DNA of 32,000 nucleotides from Wolbachia endosymbiont of Drosophila innubila (GTDB lineage Bacteria; Pseudomonadota; Alphaproteobacteria; Rickettsiales; Anaplasmataceae): NCBI RefSeq assembly GCF_021378375.1, contig NZ_CP076228.1, positions 420,001 to 452,000 of the forward strand, read 5' to 3'. Shown piece by piece: positions 25,796 to 32,000 of this stretch (position 1 is its first letter; each line of letters starts with the position of its first letter). The notes under the pieces were generated by a model. It saw only the letters and a program-made list of their open reading frames with translations, ran no database searches and was not told where the DNA came from. The position numbers and the translations under genes were made by a program.

Positions 25796-27089
25796 TATAC
25801 AAGACAACGCTCCGCTCTGTAGAAAATGGATGTTCTTGGCAGTATGTGCTCTTGCTTGCTCTGGGTTACTGTCAATAATTGTTATTTTTCTACGATTGCC
25901 TTTTATCTCCTCTCTTGTTCCTTCTGCACAATATATTTTTGATAATGCGCTGGTAATACACGTGAACTTGTCAATTTTAGTGTGGATGTGCTCTATAATA
26001 TCTCTGCTCTTTATCATAAACCTACAAAATACCAATAGTTGGTTTAACTTTTCATGGGTTCTATCAACCCTTTCGATGCTGCTCATGTTTATATCCGCAT
26101 TCGTTCCAAACACTGAAGTTATCAAAAGTAACTATATTCCCGTATTACAAAACAAATTATTTTTACTTGGACTCAGTTTATTTATTGCCAGTATATTAGT
26201 AAATACAATGCTAGCATACACATCAAAAAAAGAGGTTTCATTTCTCTCTGTTGGGCAAATTGGGCTAGTTATTATACTTGTATCGTCATTTCTTTGCTTT
26301 GTTTTAGCATATAATAATATGCCTCCAGGTCTATATCACTCAGATAATAATTTATTTTACGAATATCTCTTTTGGGGAGGCGGACATTTATTGCAGTTTG
26401 CTTTTACTCAAGGAATGTTTTTAGTCTATTTAATAATGCTAAGTTCCAATGATATTAGTTTAGCTTCAAACAATAAAATTACTATTTTACCACTATTTAT
26501 AAACACGATTTTAGCTGTAGGCGCACCGTTTGTATATTTTGTTTATCCAGTTGATAGTGCCAAGTTAATACAGTTTTTTACTTGGCATATGAGGATTGCT
26601 GGAGCAGTTTTGCCGTGCTTTTTGATAATATTAGTGTGCTACAACATCAGAACTTTTATTAATGATAAAAGCAACTATTTATTACATTCATTTTTGTTGT
26701 TCACTTATGGAGATGTGCTCGGAGTGTTGACTATTGAAGGTAATGTCACGATTCCTGCTCATTATCACGGTTCTGTAGTTGGTATCACTATAGCTTTTAT
26801 GAATTTTGTCTACTGGATGTTACCTAAATTAAACTTTAAAGAGATAAAAAGTTCCATGGTAAGATTACAGATTTATGCCTACAGTATAGGGCATTTTCTC
26901 CATATCACTGGCCTTGTGTGGCTTGGTGGATATGGTGCTTTAAGGAAGGTTGCAGATCTGCCAAGTATTTCGTCAATGTTAGCACGCACGTGCTTCATTA
27001 TAGGTGGCGCTATATCAGTTGTTGGTGGAATGTTGTTCGTAATAATTGTGCTTTTACATCTGTTAAAAGGCAAAGCGCGTACCAACTGA
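25773..27089 (+). CDS. Divergent heme-copper oxidase subunit I-like polytopic membrane protein
   Basis: 438 aa, about 12 hydrophobic helices. H63 (VIHVNL), LFWGGGH205, TWH272M and AH330YH332 line up with the COX1 helix II, VI, VII and X ligands; only one His of the HH pair is present. Start uncertain (TTG 25773 or ATG 25830). Confidence 0.6.
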   Translation: MRKKIVLNIQDNAPLCRKWMFLAVCALACSGLLSIIVIFLRLPFISSLVPSAQYIFDNALVIHVNLSILVWMCSIISLLFIINLQNTNSWFNFSWVLSTLSMLLMFISAFVPNTEVIKSNYIPVLQNKLFLLGLSLFIASILVNTMLAYTSKKEVSFLSVGQIGLVIILVSSFLCFVLAYNNMPPGLYHSDNNLFYEYLFWGGGHLLQFAFTQGMFLVYLIMLSSNDISLASNNKITILPLFINTILAVGAPFVYFVYPVDSAKLIQFFTWHMRIAGAVLPCFLIILVCYNIRTFINDKSNYLLHSFLLFTYGDVLGVLTIEGNVTIPAHYHGSVVGITIAFMNFVYWMLPKLNFKEIKSSMVRLQIYAYSIGHFLHITGLVWLGGYGALRKVADLPSISSMLARTCFIIGGAISVVGGMLFVIIVLLHLLKGKARTN

Positions 27090-27745
27090 CCCATAGAAAC
27101 AAAAAAAACTTCCTTGACAAACTCCGCTAGCCCCCTTATCATGAAACTGAAGCTATTTATTTATCTTCTCTGTACAGATTAAATGACAAAAAAACTCACG
27201 TATCTGGCGTCCCATGTTTAATTTTTTGCACTATGTGCACCTTGTGTCTTTATAAAATTTCTAAGTTTTTACCTAATATAAGCTGAAATGCGCTTATAAA
27301 GCATTTAAAACATCAAAAAACGCCGATTTAAAAAATGGATAGTGAATAACTAGCTACCCTAGGGTTTCTTTTGCCTTTTTTTCTGTTTAGTAAATTTCTT
27401 AATGTTTATAATTTAGATTAGTTGCGGCTTAAAAGCAACTAAATCGCGGTTATTAAGCGTTTAGAATAAAAAAACGCCATACTTGAAAGTATAATGTAAG
27501 TAATTAGCCAACCACGGGGCTTCTTTTGCCTTTTTTTTCATTTGGTAAATTTTTTAATATTTATACGGAAGGTAGCGCGTGACGCTGGAACCCCAAAAAA
27601 AGGAGGCACTGGAACGACAAAGTGGAGTGTCTGCTTCTGTCATCCTATGATAGCTAAAAAGACCTGGTCACGCGCTGGAATGACACCGAAGGGGCTACTG
27701 CCCTCTTGGATGGAGACCAGTGTCAGCTACTTAGATGATACCTTT
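27090..27745 (+). repeat. Left arm of the diverged inverted repeat bracketing recJ
   Basis: Aligns by eye along its length with the reverse complement of 29661-30455, apart from different palindrome inserts in the middle. Starts directly after the stop codon of the upstream gene. Confidence 0.8.
27114..27142 (+). promoter_or_regulatory. Near-consensus sigma70 promoter candidate (left arm), firing toward recJ
   Basis: TTGACA (27114-27119), 17-nt spacer, TATCAT (27137-27142). The same block occurs in the right arm with a single spacer substitution. Confidence 0.5.
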
Positions 27746-27838
27746 TTTCTACTTAGTTTAGGTTATGCAGAAGTCTAATACAATTATAGAACAAGCTTAA
27801 AAATTCTGGTAAAGTAGTTTTATTTACAAAGAAAGAAT

Positions 27839-29578
27839 ATGCTACTTGAAATTGAAAAGCGCAGCATAACAAATGCATTGTGGAAGTTGCAAGAAGCAGA
27901 TCAAAGGCAAATCTTAACTCTTACACAGAGATTTGAGTTACCAGAAATATTAGCAAGAATATTGGTTACTCGTGGTGTTAACATAGAAAATGCAAGCGAC
28001 TTCTTATATCCACTAATCAGATCGCTATTACCAGATCCCTTTCACCTTCTTGATATGGATAAAGCTGTTTCTCGTATAATACGGGCAATAAAAAATGATG
28101 AAAACCTTGCAATATTTGGTGACTATGATGTTGATGGTGCAACGTCGTCAGCATTGATTAACAGGTACCTGAGAGCAATCGATATACACTCTATAATCTA
28201 CATTCCAGATCGTGTTGATGAGGGTTATGGATTAAACACAGATGCTTTATTACAACTTAAAAAGAATGGAATTGATTTATGTATTTCCGTTGATTGTGGT
28301 ACGCTTGCATATCAACCAATAGAAGATGCAAAGGCTTTTGGTCTTGATATTATAGTTGTTGACCATCACCTTGGTACGGAAAAATTACCAAGCGCCGTAG
28401 CAGTTGTGAATCCAAACCGCCTTGATGAGAGCTCTCCTTATAATAACCTAGCAGCAGTTGGAGTGTCATTTCTGCTAATTGTTGCTCTTAATAAAAGCCT
28501 ACGTGAGCAAGGATTTTTTACCAACAAAAAAGAACCAGATTTATTTGATCTGTTGGATTTGGTTGCCCTGGGAACTGTCTGTGATGTTATGCAGATCACA
28601 GGCCTCAATAGAGCACTTGTCTCACAAGGATTAAAAGTTATGTCAACAAGAAAAAACGTTGGCTTGCGTGTTTTATTTGATGCTTTGGGAATCCTTGAAA
28701 AACCAAGTGTTTCTCGATTAGGGTTTAGTATTGGGCCATGCATAAATGCTGGAGGAAGAATTGGAGAAGCATCGCTTGGTGCAAGGTTGCTTTCCACCGA
28801 TGATGATGAAGAGGCACATTCAATCGCGCTAAAATTAATAGATTTGAATAATGCAAGAAAAGTGTTAGAAAATGAGGCTCTCTTGGAAGCTACAGCACAA
28901 GCGGAAAAGTCTGCCCAATCAGGTGCGAATTTTATAATGATAAGTGGCAATTGGCACCAGGGAATAATTGGTATAATTGCATCAAGGCTAAAGGAGCAGT
29001 TTCACTTGCCAACAGTAGTGATATCTTTAAATAATGGAATAGGAAAAGCAAGCTGTAGATCAATTTTGGGAGTTGATATCGGTGCTGCAGTCCTTTCCGC
29101 AAAGTTTATAAATTTGATTATTGAAGGTGGTGGCCATAGTATGGCGGCAGGATTTTCAATTAAAGAAGACAAAATAAATGATTTGCATGATTTTTTTACT
29201 GAAAGATTTTCAAACTCTATAAATGAGAAAACTTTAAAAGCTGATAGTATAGTAACTGCTAAAGCAATAAACTTATCTCTGTGGAACCAACTGCAACGCT
29301 TGGGACCATTTGGAGTTGGAAATCCTGAACCAAGGTTTATTATCCAAGGAGCAAAGATAAGAAAGCCTGAAGTTATAGGAGTTGACCATATAAAATGTTT
29401 TATTGCTGATGATAATGTTATGGTAAGAGCTATTGCATTTCGTTCTGCAAATACTCATCTTGGCTCTGCTATCATGCAGGGTAATGTTAAAGCTATTTTG
29501 GGTAAAATCTCTATGAATTACTGGAATGGCAATGAATTTGTACAATTTTTAATAGAAGATGTATTGACCATAAGTTGA
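27839..29578 (+). CDS. recJ: Single-stranded-DNA-specific exonuclease RecJ
   Basis: 579 aa. DHH family motifs IFGDYDVDGATS, DRVDEGYG, VDCG, VVDHH and the DHHA1 GGGHSMAAG block. Confidence 0.95.
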   Translation: MLLEIEKRSITNALWKLQEADQRQILTLTQRFELPEILARILVTRGVNIENASDFLYPLIRSLLPDPFHLLDMDKAVSRIIRAIKNDENLAIFGDYDVDGATSSALINRYLRAIDIHSIIYIPDRVDEGYGLNTDALLQLKKNGIDLCISVDCGTLAYQPIEDAKAFGLDIIVVDHHLGTEKLPSAVAVVNPNRLDESSPYNNLAAVGVSFLLIVALNKSLREQGFFTNKKEPDLFDLLDLVALGTVCDVMQITGLNRALVSQGLKVMSTRKNVGLRVLFDALGILEKPSVSRLGFSIGPCINAGGRIGEASLGARLLSTDDDEEAHSIALKLIDLNNARKVLENEALLEATAQAEKSAQSGANFIMISGNWHQGIIGIIASRLKEQFHLPTVVISLNNGIGKASCRSILGVDIGAAVLSAKFINLIIEGGGHSMAAGFSIKEDKINDLHDFFTERFSNSINEKTLKADSIVTAKAINLSLWNQLQRLGPFGVGNPEPRFIIQGAKIRKPEVIGVDHIKCFIADDNVMVRAIAFRSANTHLGSAIMQGNVKAILGKISMNYWNGNEFVQFLIEDVLTIS

Positions 29579-29695
29579 GTGTATCTGTTCAGCAGAGTGG
29601 CAAAATAGGTAGACAAGATAAACCAAAAAATCGAGAAAAAGTGAGTTTACAACAACTGGTGTCATGAAATTATCTGACACTGATTTCCATCCAAG

Positions 29696-29734
29696 AGGGT
29701 GTCATCCCAGTGCGTGACACTGGGATGACACCCT
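29696..29734. repeat. Perfect 17-bp-stem palindrome of the ccagtg...cactgg family
   Basis: agggtgtcatcccagtg cgtga cactgggatgacaccct. Confidence 0.9.
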
Positions 29735-29738
29735 ACTT

Positions 29739-29995
29739 AACCGTCATACCGCGATTCATTCGCGGTATCTCTAGATCCCGCTAACAAGTAGCGGGATGAC
29801 GAGCTTATCGTCATGCCACTGCGAACCGTCATACCGCCGCGAACCGTCATACCGCGATTCATTCGCGGTATCTCTAGATCCCGCTAACAAGCAGTGGGAT
29901 GACGAGCTTATCGTCACGCCGCCACGAACCGTCATACCGCCGCGGCGCTAACAAGAGATCCCGCTAACAAGCAGCGGGATGACGGTTGTCGTTTA
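29739..29995 (+). repeat. 103-bp tandem repeat (about 2.5 units) of double-hairpin modules
   Basis: The unit start aaccgtcatacc recurs at 29739/29842 and 29824/29927 (period 103). Each unit holds ataccgcga-ttcat-tcgcggtat and atcccgcta-acaag-tagcgggat hairpins. Confidence 0.85.
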
Positions 29996-30397
29996 GCCAT
30001 AAACATTAAAAAATTTACCAAATGAAAAAAAAGGCAAAAGAAACCCTAGTCATTGTCTATTTTCAGTATTGGCGTTTTTAAGTCTTAAACACTGCAATTT
30101 AGCTGCTTTTGAATGCAACTAACCTACGCTGCAAATGTTTAAGAAATTTACTAAGCAGAAAAAAAGGCAAAAGAAACCCCGTGTTAGCTAGTTGTCACTC
30201 TCTAATCCTGCAAATTGGCGTACTATACTGTCTTAAACGACTTATAAGCGCGTTTCAGCTTATATAGGTAAAAACCCAGAAATGTTGTGAAGACATAAGG
30301 TGCACATAGTGCAAAAAATTAAAAATAAGACGCCAACTACGTTGTTTTCTTGCTGTTTAATCTGCACAGATGAAGATAACTGAATACCTTCAATACC

Positions 30398-30426
30398 ATG
30401 ATAAGGGGGCTGGCGGAGTTTGTCAA
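30398..30426 (-). promoter_or_regulatory. Near-consensus sigma70 promoter candidate (right arm), firing antisense toward the recJ 3' end
   Basis: Reverse complement reads TTGACA (30421-30426), 17-nt spacer, TATCAT (30398-30403). Confidence 0.5.
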
Positions 30427-30457
30427 GCAAGTTTTTCGTTTCTATATGGGCTATACC

Positions 30458-31264
30458 TTAAGACTTCAACGTCTTAACGCACTTGACCCCACCAGCATAT
30501 AAATTTGCATGGCTCTTTCCAGTATTAAGCAATGCAAATCCAATGTTGTCTACACTAGAGCGCAGTTCCCCTATTTCCTCATTGTTTTCATTTGTCACTT
30601 TAGTGCCAATATCTGGAAGTGCGTTATCCCCCTCAACAAGGTAAAGTTTTCTTCTGAATATTTCTTGTCTGCTCATTCGATTTACAACTTCCTGACCTAT
30701 ATAACACCCCTTATTAAAGCTTATACCGTTTACTTTATCGATTAAAAATTGCAGCGGAAACGATGAATTCTGCACCATATCTTTCGCTCCATCTGGAACG
30801 AGATTTTGAATTCTGACTTTTTCATACTGAGTAAAATCCCCAACCGGCTCTTTCATTTCATCTTTATGTATGATCCTCATTCCTAGCAGCTTGTGCCTTG
30901 GATCTTGAAAAATAACTTGTGACTTACTACTACACTCCGCCAACTTAGTATTAAACAAAACCCCAACCTTATATAGTGCACTAACGTCTTTAATCTTTAC
31001 CCTCAAATAAGTTTTAAGTAAATCTAGTTTCTCGATTATTTGCTGCAAGTGCATGTTTTCGCACTCCAAGAGGGTGTATTTACCATATTCAATAAGAAAA
31101 AAATCATATAGATATTTTCCCTGAGGGCTAAGCAATAAAGAGTAAATGGCTTTTTGGCTATCCAACTTATTAATATCATTGGTTATAATACCCTGCAGAA
31201 AATCTCTAGTGTCAGGCCCATATAGCACTATCACACCACGACTTAAAAATGGTATATAACTCAT
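30458..31264 (-). CDS. ygfZ: Folate-binding YgfZ-family protein (Fe-S cluster repair / tRNA modification associated)
   Basis: 268 aa. The FNKGCYIGQEVVNRM block matches the YgfZ KGCY.GQE signature; the N-terminus shows a GcvT-like fold. Confidence 0.85.
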   Translation of the reverse strand: MSYIPFLSRGVIVLYGPDTRDFLQGIITNDINKLDSQKAIYSLLLSPQGKYLYDFFLIEYGKYTLLECENMHLQQIIEKLDLLKTYLRVKIKDVSALYKVGVLFNTKLAECSSKSQVIFQDPRHKLLGMRIIHKDEMKEPVGDFTQYEKVRIQNLVPDGAKDMVQNSSFPLQFLIDKVNGISFNKGCYIGQEVVNRMSRQEIFRRKLYLVEGDNALPDIGTKVTNENNEEIGELRSSVDNIGFALLNTGKSHANLYAGGVKCVKTLKS

Positions 31265-31356
31265 GAAATCTCTATAAATAAATCTAAATTTTATTATATA
31301 ACATTAGGCTCTTTTAGAAACTGCTTTTGGCGTGCATATTTTACAAGCTCCAGCCC

Positions 31357-31385
31357 TTGAAATCTAACTTACGAGTATATATATA
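31357..31385 (+). promoter_or_regulatory. Possible groESL promoter
   Basis: cCTTGAAA (31356-31362), 17-nt spacer, TATATA (31380-31385), about 40 nt upstream of groES. The CTTGAAA -35 is also compatible with an RpoH-type promoter, but the -10 is not CCCCAT-like. Confidence 0.3.
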
Positions 31386-31422
31386 TAAACTCATAAGTTA
31401 ATTTGTTGATGAGGAAAAACAA

Positions 31423-31713
31423 ATGTCAAGTATAAGTTTAAATGTATTAGATGATAGCGTGCTGATCAAGCCTATTAGCGAAGAAAAGCAAGGTGGAATT
31501 GTGCTTCCATCAAGTGCTGAAAAGAAACCTACTAAAGGTGAAGTTATAGCAATTGGTGAAGGTTCACGCAATTCAAGTGGCGAACGCGTAACTTTAACTG
31601 TGAAAGCTGGTGATAAAGTGTTCTATCGCCAATGGGCTGGTACAGAAATAGAACATAATAATGAGAAGCTTATCGTGATGAAAGAGTCCGATATACTTGC
31701 TGTCATTAAGTAG
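31423..31713 (+). CDS. groES: Co-chaperonin GroES
   Basis: 96 aa, GGIVLP mobile-loop region and typical length, directly upstream of groEL. Confidence 0.95.
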   Translation: MSSISLNVLDDSVLIKPISEEKQGGIVLPSSAEKKPTKGEVIAIGEGSRNSSGERVTLTVKAGDKVFYRQWAGTEIEHNNEKLIVMKESDILAVIK

Positions 31714-31813
31714 CAGTCTTTATTTTACTAAACTGAAACAAAGCGCAACATAGCGCATTGTAAATGATTTTATTATAGTTTTCTAAATTTTTTATTAACA
31801 AGAGGTGATAAAA

Positions 31814-32000
31814 ATGACTAATGTAGTAGTATCAGGTGAGCAGTTGCAAGAAGCCTTTCGTGAAGTTGCAGCAATAGTGGATTCAACGGTAGCAATAACT
31901 GCAGGACCTAGAGGAAAAACAGTAGGGATTAATAAGCCCTATGGAGCACCAGAAATTACAAAAGATGGTTATAAGGTGATGAAGGGTATCAAGCCTGAAA
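31814..32000 (+). CDS. groEL: Chaperonin GroEL (5' partial, runs off the window)
   Basis: ATG at 31814 after AGAGGTGA. MTNVVVSGEQL...TAGPRGKTVGINKPYGAPEITKDGYKVMKGIKPE matches the conserved GroEL N-terminus. Confidence 0.95.
   Translation, partial: MTNVVVSGEQLQEAFREVAAIVDSTVAITAGPRGKTVGINKPYGAPEITKDGYKVMKGIKPE

Larger units (their letters stand above)
29661..30455 (-). repeat. Right arm of the diverged inverted repeat bracketing recJ
   Basis: Its reverse complement aligns with 27090-27745. It ends about 2 nt from the ygfZ stop codon and contains the 103-bp tandem array as an extra insert. Confidence 0.8.

Noticed and set aside
27542-27778. 78-aa ORF between the left arm and recJ
   Set aside because: It is built across palindromic repeat copies (gctggaa..cactggaa..cgcgctggaatgacacc), has no ribosome-binding site, and has no counterpart ORF in the homologous right arm.
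30022-30081. Small ORF MKKKAKETLVIVYFQYWRF on the plus strand of the right arm, with a counterpart MKKKAKEAPWLANYLHYTFKYGVFLF on the minus strand of the left arm
   Set aside because: Only the first 7 codons are shared, and these are the conserved GGCAAAAGAA core read as protein. The lengths and remaining sequence differ, there is no Shine-Dalgarno, and the second sub-repeat in each arm lacks the ATG.
31265-31422. CIRCE (HrcA operator, TTAGCACTC-N9-GAGTGCTAA) upstream of groES
   Set aside because: I looked for the inverted repeat and found only ttaggctc with no matching downstream arm, so no CIRCE call is made.
1-32000. Prophage WO modules, cif (cytoplasmic incompatibility) genes, ankyrin-repeat genes, toxin-antitoxin pairs, rRNA genes
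   Set aside because: I looked for them because of the Wolbachia-like context. No ORF in the track shows their hallmarks (no ANK repeats, no phage structural or terminase-like sequences, no rRNA-like conserved stretches).

Overview
AT-rich window whose gene content and order (maf, lpdA, murG, gshB, tRNA-Leu, tig-clpP-clpX-lon, recJ, ygfZ, groES-groEL), IS load and short palindromic repeats look like a Wolbachia-type (Anaplasmataceae, Rickettsiales) chromosome; this attribution is an inference, no search was run. There are three blocks. (1) 1-5066: maf, a convergent 892-aa effector-like gene and an alanine/cation symporter. (2) About 5150-13600: a decayed mobile-element island. It holds two IS903-group copies nested in a MITE-like repeat, two frameshifted IS110-family copies, one IS5-family copy with a triplicated end and one small TIR element. 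Two non-core genes sit among them: a frameshifted DsbD-N-like gene and an HExxH protein with tandem repeats. (3) 13668-32000: conserved housekeeping genes. Here recJ is bracketed by diverged inverted non-coding arms (about 655 and 795 bp) that each keep a near-consensus promoter pointing inward. The best candidates for something new are the 892-aa protein (Pro-rich tract, 3-4 tandem WH2-like actin-binding motifs, three DSGxxS motifs), the recJ inverted-arm/promoter architecture, the repeat-bearing metalloprotease-like protein, and the IS110 5' non-coding region that looks like a bridge RNA locus. No rRNA, CRISPR array, prophage module or toxin-antitoxin pair was seen.
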